Position numbers and translations under genes: made by a program
Part shown: in pieces, positions 28,746-40,320 of the stretch
Numbering within the stretch: the first letter of the stretch is position 1
Layout of the letters: each line of letters starts with the position of its first letter
Assembly: GCA_964016885.1 (NCBI GenBank)
Contig: OZ024744.1
Coordinates: 99,572,001-99,636,000, forward strand
Origin: Eledone cirrhosa
Lineage: Eukaryota
Direction: 5' to 3'
Length of the DNA: 64,000 nucleotides
Notes under the pieces: generated by a model
Told to the model about the DNA's origin: nothing
Database searches by the model: none
The model's input: the letters and a program-made list of their open reading frames with translations, nothing else

Positions 28746-28839
28746 ACCCCTTGAGAAGCTCAGCTATTTATATACCAGGATAAATTTTCATTTAGTCCAG
28801 AATTAGCCGTCGAAACGGCTTGAGCTCAGCCGTCGGGGT
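28746..28839 (+). ncRNA. Second copy of the U3-A8 hammerhead candidate
   Basis: Same fold in the right arm, with one extra helix II mismatch (CAGCTA instead of CGGCTA). Confidence 0.62.
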
Positions 28840-28849
28840 CTTACTGGTT

Positions 28850-29128
<279 letters not shown>

Positions 29129-29149
29129 TGTTGCAACATCCTAGACCTT

Positions 29150-29472
29150 GCCTCCTTATCCTGTTTTTATATTACCTGCATATTATATCTTATAATGTAA
29201 CATTTAAATTTCTATTTTTCTATTTCTCTATTCTTCTGAATTTTGGCTTGTTCTAGCCGTTGATATTTTTTGTCTTTTCCTTGCTCTGAAGAGTCCTAAT
29301 TACTGGGATGAAACATTGTCAGCGAATAAAGATTTTTAATGTATTAAAGGCTTCTTTGTTGATTTATATAATTTTTTCGGCTCTGTTTGATAACATTGAG
29401 CTATCTCTTGTACTGTCATTTCTCTAATGTGATGAGTGTGTTTGACTCTAATGCACTCAAGTGTTTTTATCT
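29150..29472 (+). mobile_element. Penelope-like pseudo-LTR remnant
   Basis: Contains a canonical hammerhead immediately followed by AATAAA. Homologous to 25112-25430. Confidence 0.72.
29281..29325 (+). ncRNA. Canonical minimal type I hammerhead ribozyme
   Basis: TTGCT CTGAAGA GTCCTA-ATTAC-TGGGAT GAAAC-ATT-GTC AGCGA. All core nucleotides are present, three helices form, and cleavage is predicted after C29320. Confidence 0.8.
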
Positions 29473-29479
29473 TATAACC

Positions 29480-30610
29480 TCTCCCCACCTCCTGTATACT
29501 AACACCCACTAACACCTCTTCATCAAACTACACACACACCAGTACACCACACTCCCTCCATAGAACCACACACACCCTTCTCTCCCCGCTCCACCCACAC
29601 CCTCGCTCCACACTCACTCATCCCACTAACACCCCTACTAATACACACACACACACACCCTCCTCACTCCAACTTTCACACCTACCCATCCTCGCCCCCT
29701 TACCATTCCACCGACTGCTGCTGTGCCCTCTGACCACCTCCCAGCACTAACAGACCACAGCACTCCCACTGCTGACCACTTCCTGTTGCGCGCGCACCCC
29801 ACATCTCTCCTCTTCCGACCACCGCTTCATGGATTACCCACACGCAGAAATTGACTTACAACCAATCCACTAAACATCCTTGGAACTTACCAACTTTTCA
29901 ACCATCCTCTTACGTAATCACCTATATAACTCACCCACACACACACCCCAAAAAAATTTTTTCTCCACACGCCACCCACACCCACAACACGCTTAAACCC
30001 CATACACACGTGCTTCCCACCACATATTTACACCCTCAGCCTCCTGATTCCTCTCCCCCACCCCCCCTATCCACACACGCACAGACACTCCGACCCCCCC
30101 CCCCCCCCACACACACACACCTCTTCCTGAACATGCAACCCCGTTCTTCCCCCAACCCTTACTTTCACATACACACACACACACACACGCACTACCTACA
30201 CACACACACCCACCTTCAGCCCTCCCCGCTCGGACACCCCGTCTCCCCTCTCCCCACTCCACCCGCCACCACCCCTACTCACCCACACCCTTCCACCACC
30301 TGTTTACCCCCCCTTTTAATTTCAGTTTATTTTGATCATGCCTTTATTTTTAAATTTTCTCATTCCTTGTATTTTGATCATGCTTTATTTTTATTTTTTA
30401 TCTTTATTTGTTATTTTTTCATTCGCACCGTTTCCTTTCGCTATATGTCTCTCCACCACTCCCCTACACACCTTTTGAACTCTGTTCCCACACACTTCTC
30501 ACCTGAGGAAGGGCTTATGCCCGAAACGTCGTCCCCCCCCCCCACCCCACTCCTCCTGAGCGTGAAATTAATAAACATTTATTGTACTGCCTCTCTGTTC
30601 AAATTTTTCC

Positions 30611-30612
<2 letters not shown>
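29480..30612 (+). mobile_element. Highly decayed Penelope-like element 3' end (GIY-YIG remnant plus pLTR)
   Basis: One frame at 29715-29900 reads AVPSDHLPALTDHSTPTADHFLLRAH..LHGLPTRRN..ILGTYQ, resembling the RFxDH..PVAxHF..LGT GIY-YIG tail. A hammerhead-like CTGAGGAA GGGC-TTAT-GCCC GAAACGTC at 30503-30530 lacks helix I and is followed by AATAAA and (TA)n. Confidence 0.6.
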
Positions 30613-30648
<36 letters not shown>

Positions 30649-30695
30649 AAGGAAAAGCGAAGTAGTTTCAGATGTTCAAGTCCTTTAATAATAAT

Positions 30696-30881
30696 TGTTT
30701 CTACTTTAGGCACAAGGCCAGCAATTACCCAGTGCATTACTGGTACTTTATTTTATCGACCCCGTAAGGATGAAAGGCAAAGTCAACCTCAGCGTGATTT
30801 GAACTCAGATTGTAAAGGGACGTAACTATGCTGGAAAGCATGGCGTCCAACCCTCTACTGATACTGCCAATCCACCGCCCT
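30696..30881 (-). mobile_element. tRNA-like SINE (Nin/Deu-like core) with a 17-bp TSD, inserted in the left arm
   Basis: TSD AGTCCTTTAATAATAAT at 30679-30695 and 30882-30898. B box GAGTTCAAATC and core GCCTTTCATCCTTACGGGGTCGATAAAATAAAGTACCAG. Confidence 0.9.
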
Positions 30882-30898
30882 AGTCCTTTAATAATAAT

Positions 30899-30972
30899 GC
30901 TGTGATATATATTTCAGTGACGACACTGGCCACACTGTTCTGTGTCCGAGTGCCGTGTCATCATCAGACAGC
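30899..30972 (-). ncRNA. Hammerhead-like fold (left arm copy)
   Basis: Reverse complement of 31925-31998. Confidence 0.5.
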
Positions 30973-31924
30973 TTGTTACATAATAAGGTTATGTTTCCGA
31001 GGCAATCCAAATAGGATAAACCCCTATTTTCCTGCACCAAATCGCATTTGAACAGAAGCCCCCTCAATTCAATCTATACATGGACAGATGGACAATCATA
31101 TGGATCATTTTGCATATATGTACTCTGTGTTTTTGCATTTATTCACTATTGGTTCTGTTCTTTTCTTTTGTGTACTTTATGTCTGTTTTTCTTTGATTTT
31201 GTTCCATGTGATTATGACCGTGTAACAGATTGACTAATGCCTACAGCCAAGTAGTTTGCCCTTAGTTATAATGTACGGCACTGTCGTTCAATATGTGGTT
31301 AGAGTAACTGTGACACTAGAATCCCTCTCCGAACATATTACTTAAACATCTCTCTCCATATTATTTACTCACTTCAGTCTATATTTTTACTAACCTCAAT
31401 CCGAATTATCACCTGAAAAGAATTTTTTTTTTTAAATTCTTTAATTTCTAATCGTTTAAATTATAATTTCTGATATTTGATTTAGGATTTTAATTTTTAT
31501 TTCCAACTCTCACTCTTAACTTCCAACGTAAAACCATGATACCTAGAATTAAGTTTATCTTCCCTTATAAGGTCGTACCGTCAACGCTTAGTGAGGGGTA
31601 GTGTTATGACCTGTAAAAACTAACACCCTCCCATCCCCTCTGGCTCTCGGCTGACTGCCACAGCCGTGATGGGTAGCAGTAAAATATGGTACAGGCATTG
31701 GTGGGCCATTGTTTTGACTGAGAGGGTGAACTGACTAACCGAATTTCGTTAAAATCTGCGGTGGCTAATGGTCAACTTCCTTCGGACATGCGCTTGCACA
31801 GGCCGGTGGGCGTGAATTGGTACTCACAAGGGAGCGGATGAAAAACCCCAAAGCACGCAATTCATCCGTTCCCATGTCGATCCAATTTGGATTGCCTCGG
31901 CAACATAACCTTATTATGTAACAA

Positions 31925-31998
31925 GCTGTCTGATGATGACACGGCACTCGGACACAGAACAGTGTGGCCAGTGTCGTCACTGAAATATATATCACAGC
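31925..31998 (+). ncRNA. Hammerhead-like fold with long helix II and 5 extra nt before GAAA
   Basis: GCTGT CTGATGA TGACAC-GGC...GCC-A-GTGTCG TCACT GAAA-TATATA-TC ACAGC. Helix I is a perfect 5 bp, helix III is palindromic and minimal, and the cleavage site is AUC. Confidence 0.52.
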
Positions 31999-32124
31999 AT
32001 TATTATTAAAGGACTTGAACATCTGAAACTACTTCGCTTTTCCTTATTCGATATTTACTCCGTCACTCCTATGTGGAAAAAGTACGTTGAGTGCTTGAAT
32101 TGAATTGCATCAATATTTACCCTA

Positions 32125-32156
<32 letters not shown>

Positions 32157-32360
32157 GTGAGGTTTTTTTTACAAAATGAAAAATAACCGAGGTGTCCTAC
32201 ACGAGTGGAAGTATAAAGAAAAAGAGATGAAATCGAAAATGCAACTGAAGTCTTATTTTTTTTAAAATATATATATTTATTTGGTTCCTTTACCGGTTTC
32301 GCAGTTCTTCTGCTTTTCAAAAGGTGAGTTGAGATGGAGGGTCTGTGGTTTTTCTCACAT

Positions 32361-32424
<64 letters not shown>

Positions 32425-32432
<8 letters not shown>

Positions 32433-33386
32433 ATACTTTGGGAGGGTCATGCTGCCAATAAAAACATACACACCTGTTAGTTTTCACTTCAATTTATTAT
32501 AAATTTCCAGCTGGCTGGTTGGTTGGTTCGATAAACAGATGGTTGTTTATATATTGGATATCCATTTGAAAGATCCCTCTGTGCTGATAGGAAATGCATA
32601 GTCTGCAAGCTAAGCCTGCAAACTAACTGCAAAGCTAGGAACGTAGTATATAACATAAGATGTACTGAGGGACAGTGTAGGAATAAGAATATAACATACA
32701 TAGCATAGGAGAAAGGTTAAGTGAACACTGGTGAGAACTCCAGGATGGGAAAAACTCATCAGTTCTCCACCAACATGCCAAAATAGAACATAGGAGCACA
32801 TTAGAGAACATAGAGATAAAAATTATATCCACACACAGAAAAGATGCAATGCTCAGATAAATCACAGAGGCGACAAACATAAACGAACTCCAACCAAAAT
32901 TAAATAGAAAACATGAGTGGAATAGCAACATCACAACTAGTAATTAAGGACAAAATGAAGACATACAGATACACACAAAACCAAACTAACAAAACAAATC
33001 AGACACACAGATAGAACAAACAACCAACTAGTGACAAGTAAATAAACACATAAATAAATAAACACACACACATACTCGGATGTAATGCATGCACAAACTA
33101 AGCACAACACACAATACACAAAAACAAGATGGTGTAGGACAGAACAAAGGAGAGACACAAAATAAAAACCCAGTGACTGAGGAGGTCACAGAATGTGGGA
33201 CAAAAGAGCTTTGACAATATATAAATAGTCATCTGGTTATCGAACCAACCAACCAACCGGAAATTTATAATAAATTGAAGTGAAAACCAACAAGTGTGTG
33301 TGTTTATTTTGGCAGCATGGCCCTCCCAAAGTATAACAATATCTGTATCAACATACGTCTTCAGATAAGAAATCTTGCAAAACAAA
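32425..33386. mobile_element. Third family of non-coding inverted-arm element (~130-bp diverged arms, ~45-nt tail)
   Basis: 32425-32556 approximates the reverse complement of 33213-33342. A decayed hammerhead GTGA CTGAGGA GGTC..GGAC AAAA GAGCTT TGAC lies at 33173-33215. Flanked by (TA)n. Confidence 0.72.
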
Positions 33387-33410
33387 TATATATATGTATA
33401 TATATATATA

Positions 33411-34003
33411 TGGTGGCTGCCAACTCGTTTTCGAGTACGGCCACTACTTTATATCCATGTAGGAGAGCCTCTACCGATACGCTGAACGAGTGTGACTTTT
33501 TAGTCCAGCCAGCGACTTGAAAACTCTGGTACAAACACTACACTTGTGACAATTATTGACACATAGTGCTGGGCCCATGGTACCATGTGACGACAAGTGC
33601 AGAGAGATCTCCAGATATAAAGCAATGCCTGTGCCGTGAAGCTTTTATAGTGAGCAAAGGCACTGCACGAAGCCAGTCTCACTCTCTTACCAAAAAGAAG
33701 AACAAGTCAAGATCATTGGATACCATCAGGATTGCAGGTGTTATATCAGAGTTTTCCTTCTCCTAGAATTCTGCCTTAACAAAGGCTAAGGGGTCATCTC
33801 TCCCGGTGATTTTGGATGGCCATTGACTCTTAAGAGCTCCTTTGCCCTTTGACAGGTTTTGTTTTTAGTCCTGCAGGATGTCCAAAGTCACCCTCCTCAC
33901 CAAGAAACCTTGGTGGGGTTGCCAGTTTAGTCGCCAACGACCCGACCATGAGACAGGTTGTACTGGAATACATGTTACCAGTAGCACCAACTGGTGACCT
34001 GAC
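33411..34003 (-). mobile_element. Non-coding retroposon-like element with RTE 5'-UTR-like motifs
   Basis: Minus-strand CTGGCAACCCCACC and CTAGGAGAAGGAAAACTCTGA motifs, recognised from RTE-type 5' regions. The 3' end TACTCGAAAACGAGTTGGCAGCCA resembles that of 34047-34305. Confidence 0.45.
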
Positions 34004-34046
34004 ATATATATATATACATGCATACATACATACATACGTACATGAT

Positions 34047-34305
34047 ATGATGGCTGCCCCCTCGTTATTGAGTAGGGCTATTGCACGACAAACCACTACC
34101 AATAACTACCAATCAATTCTATCGTGCAACGCCTGTGTGTGAAGATATTTTTTAAAGTGAGGAAAGACTGTGCACTGAGCCAATCCAACTCTCTGAGTGA
34201 CAGTAACTATGACCCAAAAAGAAGAAAAGATCAACATCATCGGTAACTACCGAGCCGCAGGTTTTATATTGGATTTATCCCAGTTTCCTGAGTTGCCTTC
34301 TCCTA
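34047..34305 (-). mobile_element. Shorter relative of 33411-34003
   Basis: Starts TAGGAGAAGGCAACTC and ends TACTCAATAACGAGGGGGCAGCCA. Confidence 0.4.
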
Positions 34306-34321
34306 CATACATACATACATA

Positions 34322-34752
34322 CATGAGAAATCTGCAGATACTCCACCCTGATTACACCTTCAGATTTATGCCTGTGATTATTGAGGTACTGGGATATGTT
34401 AGTAACTGCCGCAATACAAATCTTGAGAAGCTAGGCTTCACAGGAACAGAAAGAACACAACTAGTAGGGAAATTACAAGTACAATCCATTAATGGAACAG
34501 TAAAAATATGTAAAACATTCCAAAAATGTTGCATCTAATTACTGCATATACACATGTACAGATACAAAGCATATACACATGCACACATACAACTCAAAAC
34601 ATCCACATCTACACATGCATGCATACATACATATCTACCTAGTTAATGTTGTGTAAATTCCAATGAGAGAGTCTTGTGTCTATGTTAGAAACCGACTCCC
34701 TCTCTCTCTATTGGGAAAACTTTGTGAAATTATAAAACCAGAAGAACATACA
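34322..34752 (+). mobile_element. R4/Dong-like LINE 3' end in (CATA)n
   Basis: Translates MRNLQILHPDYTFRFMPVII..LGYV..GTVKICKTF. The UTR ends AGAAGAA-CATACATAC and the element nearly matches 39408-40320. Confidence 0.75.
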
Positions 34753-35214
34753 TACAAAATAAAAACTGCCACCAAATTAAAGCACAACCGGCCTGATATT
34801 TTTGTTTGGGACCACACATTGAAACCATGTTCTGTTGTGGAGATCAGCTGCCCACTTGATGTAAACGTTGTCAGAAAAATACAGGAGAAGGAGGACATCT
34901 ACGGACCATTGATGAGGAGTTTACAAATCCAGTATCCAAGATACACCTTTAGCTTCATACCCATCATTATTGGAGCTACGGGTTATATACCAACCCGGTT
35001 GGACCAATGTATAACTGAACTTGGATTTGCGGACAAAGAGCGCAGCTCCCTAATTCATAGTCTACAAATGGCTGCGATAGCTGGCACCTTCAAAATTTGC
35101 AAAATATTCTTGCGATTCAAGGGATGACAATTTCTTTTCTTTTACAACCTTGCCACCAGGAAGGTGGCCGGTCAAAAATATACTCAAAATTAAGAGAAAG
35201 AGAGAACATACATA

Positions 35215-35215
<1 letters not shown>
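34753..35215 (+). mobile_element. R4/Dong-like LINE RLE domain plus 3' UTR (second subfamily)
   Basis: HNRPDIFVWD..VVEISCP..EKEDIY..PIIIGATG (PD-(D/E)xK RLE). Ends GAGAA-CATACATAC. Confidence 0.8.
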
Positions 35216-35217
<2 letters not shown>

Positions 35218-35245
<28 letters not shown>

Positions 35246-38200
35246 GTTTAACGTCCATCTTCCACGCTTGCATGGGTTTGGATGGGAGTTTTCCCACTTG
35301 AGGCAAGATTGGTTGTCTTGCTCATATAGGACTGTCTGGCGGGTTTTCTACGGCTGGATGCCCTTCCTAACACCAACCACGTTTACAGTGTGGACTGGGA
35401 GGTTTTTACTGTGTTACCTACACGGCCACATTACAGCGTGAACTGTGTGTTTTTTTGTTGTGACACCTACACGACCTCATTTGTTTCGGACTGGATGTTG
35501 TGGTACCAACATAGCTTTACATCGAAAGGGGTGGTGTGGATGGGGTGGGGATAGTGGGACGGGGTGTATTTTGTTAGAGGTGCCTACTGACTGTAGGTTT
35601 CGCTTTGTACTTAGGCAAGGTGGGTCTTCTGTATGACTGTGTAGCGCCAAAGATCTCGGTCCAGTGACATTGTCTAGGAGAGGTGTAAGTGTGTGAGGTC
35701 GGAATTTATCAAGTCGTCCCAGGTTTTTCTGGGTCTGCCTACTCCGTGGCTACCGTCTATTTTTATCGCCCTGCACTTTTTTATACAGCTGTCGTCTTTC
35801 ATGCGCATCACATGACCATACCAACGTAGTCTTCTCTCGAGTAAACAACATCTGATCCCTCTTATTCCTAATTTCTCACTTAGTTCGTTTATGCTTTGCG
35901 GAGCATGCAAGCTTCGTTTCTCTCCAGTCTGTGTATATCCTCTGCACACAATGCCCAGGTCTCACTGCCATGTAACATTGCTGTTCGTATGCAGGCATCA
36001 TACAACCTGCCTTTCATTTTTAGAGAGAACCCTTTAGCGGCCAATAGTGGTATAAGCTCTCTGAACTTTTTCCATCCCGTTCTGACTCTAGCTATTGTAC
36101 TTTCAGAGCACCCTCCCCCACTGCTAATTTTGTCACCCAGGTAATGGAAGGTGTCCACTATTTCTATAGAACCATCTGTGCAATGGAATGAGCTAGTATT
36201 CTGTGGGCACTTGCTGCTACTTATTGCACCAGAGCACCGGCCACATATAAAATCTATATTCCTAGTTAGCTTACCTGTGATCCCACTACATCTTTTATGC
36301 ACCCATACTTTGCATTTGGAACATAAAATTGAATTTCTGCCTACTCCTTTCCTACACACTGAGCATGGCCATTTCCCAGATGGGACCGGTGCCCTATTTT
36401 CCTTCCTTCAAACTAGAACTTTAGTCTTAGACAAGTTAACTTTAAGGCCTTTTGATTCTAGGCCATGCTTCCATGGTTGGAATTTTTTCTCTAGTTCAGC
36501 CATTGATTCAGCTATGAGCGTTAGATCATCTGCATATAGGAGTTCCCATGGGCAGCCAGTCTTGAACTCCTCTGTTATAGCCTGAAGGGCAATAATAAAT
36601 AGTAGGGGGTTAAGAACGGAGCCCTGATGAACACCAACTTTTACGCTAAACTCTTCACTATATTCGTTGTTAATTCTAACCTTGCTGACTGTTTCTTTAT
36701 ACATGGCTTGTATAGCTCTCACAAGCCATTCATCAACACCTAGTTTTCTAAGCGCCCACCAGATAATGGAGTGGGGGACTCTGTCAAAGGCTTTCTCCAA
36801 GTCAACAAAAGCTAAGTATAGGGGTTTACTTTTAGCTAGGTACTTCTCTTGTAGTTGTCGTACAATGAAAAGAGCGTCTGTGGTACTTTTACCTGACACA
36901 AACCCGAACTGCATTTCATCTAGATCAATTCGTTCTCTGATTAATTGTGCTATTACTTTTTCTGTGACCTTCATGACCTGGTCGATTAATTTAATGCCTC
37001 TATAGTTACCCCTATCAAGAGCATCTCCTTTACCTTTGTAGCAGTTAATGATGATGCTGCTATGCCAGTCCTTCGGAACGGCCCCATTCTGTATGACTTG
37101 GTTTACTATCCGGGTGACCATAGTGTGTCCCACCGTTCCAGATGCTTTCAGCATTTCACCAACTATTTCCGAAGGCCCAGCCGCCTTATCCGTCTTCATA
37201 TCTCTGATTGCCTTACTTATTATACTACCTTCAACTAGCACTGCTGGTCCCTCTATTGGATCGATGTGGGAGAGACTGTCTTTCTCCCATTTATTCTCCT
37301 CATTTAGTAGCCTTTCGTAGTGACACTTCCAAGCTACCTTCTTATCAGCGTCAGTGATGGCAAGTACACCATCATCATTAAGGACACACTTCTCCCCGAC
37401 AATATCACGGTTTTTCTTGACACATTGCCTAGCAATCCTGAACACCTCACGTTTTTGGTCCTCGCATTGTAGATCATGCTTGAACTTTCTTTCCTCTGCT
37501 TCCCTTCTTGCGAAGTACACTTGTCTCCTAGCTTCCCTCCTGGCCACTTGATAGTCTTCTCTACTTCCCCCATCCCGCCATACTTTCCAAGCCTGCTTTT
37601 TGGCCTTAATTGACTCCTCCACCTTACTATTCCACCACCAAGTTACTCTCCTCCTGCCTATAGGCCTGCTCCAGCCACAGATTTCATGTCGCCTTGAGCA
37701 GGTTAACTTTCAGGAATTCCCACTGTTCCTCTATATTGTACGACTCTAATTGCTCTTCCTTACTGTCGAAAGCATCAAGTAATATGCTTTTAAATTTATT
37801 ACTGGCTGTGGGGTCCTTTAGCTTCCATATTTTTCTCCTGAGGATAGTACTCCTCTGTTGTCGAGTATGTCTTGTCCTGACTATGAGGTCGCTGACTATG
37901 AGTCTATGTTGGGAGGTGCATTCTTCATGGGGGAGGGATTTAGTGTTTACAACAGACACTCTATCACGTCTTCTGGTAAGGATAAAATCTATCTGACTGG
38001 CGTGTTCCCCTGATCTATAGGTGATCAAGTGATTGTCTCGTTTTTTGAAGTTAGTGTTACAGATAGTTAGGTTATTTGCGTCGCAGAATTCCAGGATTCT
38101 GGAGCCTTCTTCATTTCTAGTACCAAACCCATAGCCTCCATGGATTCCATCATAGCCATTACAATGTTGTCCAACGTGACCATTTAGGTCGCCAGTAATA

Positions 38201-38841
38201 ATTATGTAGTCACTGTCAGTTATTTGGGAGGTAGTGAGCATCAAGGTTTCATAGAATCTGTCTTTTATAATGCCAGGCAGTCCGGTTTGGGGTGCATACG
38301 CAGATATTACTGTCACAGTAGTTCTATTTAGGAGAAGTCTTATTTTAATTATTCTGTCGTTCACTCTATTTACGTCTATTATCTTATCCACCCATTTTTC
38401 TGCTAACATGATTCCTACCCCACCCAGCCCATTTTCAAATCCCACCCAGAAAAGCTTATAGCATCGTTTTTTACCCACAATGAATCTAGCAGACCCACCC
38501 CTCCACCTGGTCTCTTGGATACAGCAAACATCAACCTCCTTACGTTCAAGCATTTCTACAACCTCGTTAGAGCAACCTTTTAAGGTGCCTACATTCATGG
38601 TACCAACTCTGAAGTTTTGGATTGCGTTTGGTGGGTGGGAACGGTGGGGCGCGGGGAGGGGTGAGGGGGATGGGGTTGGGGTTATGTTGGCCATCTGCGG
38701 CCGAAACAAAGAGGAGGAGTCCTTGTCTTTTCGTCCGGCAGCATGTGGTGAATTTGTCTTTATCTTTAGCATTGTCACTGAGTGTCCAGATTTTTCAGAC
38801 TCTCCAGAATTCCATAGTCCATCCATCATATCGGCAAGCAA
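35218..38841 (-). mobile_element. Near full-length RTE-clade LINE (APE + RT), about three disablements
   Basis: APE motifs in 37684-38841 (TMNV, CIQET, SAYAP, GDLNGH, IDFIL, SQHR) and RT in 36408-37622 (YADD). There is a frameshift near 37684, a stop at 36408 and a ~31-nt deletion near 35900. 3' UTR and (GAT)n tail are present. Confidence 0.97.
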
Positions 38842-38964
38842 CCTGAAGTGATAGCATAAGCCGCTGACTTATGATTGGTCCTAATAATAATGGTGGAGAG
38901 TGGGGGCGGGTGGGAGGGGTATGGGGTAGTTAGCGAGAGGGTTTAAATGAAATCTTTGAATTTT

Positions 38965-39207
38965 GGGCATAATTGGAGAAGCATATAACAGTAATAATAA
39001 GCGAATAATGGGGTTTTAAAATACAAGAAGATTATTTAGAAACAACCAGACAGAATTATAGAATAGCATTGAGAGAGAGCAAAAGATTGGATTCTGGGCG
39101 ATGATTCGAAGATATGAATGAATGGACCGATAGGCTGTGGGCATAATTGGAGAAGCATATAACAGTAATAATAAGCGAATAATGAGGTTTTAAAATACAA
39201 GAAGATT
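38965..39207. repeat. ~68-bp direct repeat pair
   Basis: GGGCATAATTGGAGAAGC...AAATACAAGAAGATT at about 38965 and 39139. Confidence 0.85.
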
Positions 39208-39249
39208 TACACACACATACATACAGGCACATATACAGACATACATATG

Positions 39250-40320
39250 TTCGAGTCAAAACCCCAATAAAATGTAGGCACAACAGACCAGATATTATGA
39301 TATGGGACATGGAGAAGAAAACATGCACAGTAGTGGAAGTTAGCTGCCCAGCAGATGCCAATATAATATCAAAGATTAGTGAAAAGTAGAATATTTATGC
39401 AGAACTGATGAGAAATCTGCAAATACTCCACCCTGATTATACCTTCAGATTATGCCTGTGATTATTGGGGCACTGGGGTATGTTAGTAACTGCCTCAAAA
39501 CAAATCTTGAGAAGCTAGGCTTCACAGGAACAGAAAGAACACAACTAGTTAGGAAATTACAAGTACAATCCATTAATGGAACAGTAAAAATATGTAAAAC
39601 ATTCGAAAAATTTTGCATCTAATAACTGCATATACACATGTACAGATACAAAGCATATACATATACTTACTTGTACTTGTGTCGACATTCACCCTGGACG
39701 GGTTGAGCCGGCTTCTTCCTTTGTCCTGATGGGGGGGCATCCTGAACCATGGCAGCCCACGCACAATGGTCCCAGGCTAGGTCACTGGAGATAGCAAACC
39801 AGTCACGGTTCCATCGGCGCAGGCGGACCTGACCTGAGAGTTCGGAGAGGCCCTCCTTGATCGTCGTTGCCCAGGTCATCAGCTGCCCGTCAACGAGCTT
39901 GCGCCAGTTAGGGAGTGTATGTGGGAGGAGAACATCACGGATCAGCCCACCCTCAAGCGCCGTTGCAGAAGCACTGAAGGAAGGGGTCGAAGATTCATGT
40001 GAAGACGAAGACTGGTGGTAGGTACCCGATCAATGCATCAGCAGCGAAGAATACGGCGGAGACAGTCATTTTCGAAGACCTCCAGCCCCCGTTGATCGAC
40101 TACCCTCATAGGCATATATACACATGCACACATACAACTCAAAACATCCACATCCACACATACAATAACATCCATATCTACACATGCATGCATACATACA
40201 TATCTACCTAGTTGATGTTGTGTAAATTCCAATGAGAGAGTCTTGTGTCTATGTTAAAAACCGACTCTCTCTCTATTGGTAAAACTTTGTGAAATTATAA
40301 AACCAGAAGAACATACATAC
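39250..40320 (+). mobile_element. R4/Dong-like LINE 3' part, interrupted by an RTE fragment
   Basis: Translates HNRPDIMIWDMEKKTCTVVEVSCPAD..EK*NIY. The UTR resumes at about 40090 and ends AGAAGAA-CATACATAC. Confidence 0.8.
39666..40088 (-). mobile_element. 3' fragment of a different, GC-richer RTE family
   Basis: LEVFENDCLRRILR..GQLMTWATTIKE..WNRDW..DLAWDH..W, with tail ACAAGTACAAGTAAG. Confidence 0.75.

Larger units (their letters stand above)
30645..32124. mobile_element. Second family of non-coding inverted-arm element (~170-bp arms, ~75-nt one-sided tail)
   Basis: 30645-31017, with the SINE removed, is the reverse complement of 31880-32049. The tail runs 32050-32124 and (TA)n lies on both sides. 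Confidence 0.8.

Noticed and set aside
35218-38841. Active LINE or domesticated gene
   Set aside because: A frameshift, an internal stop and a deletion break the ORF.
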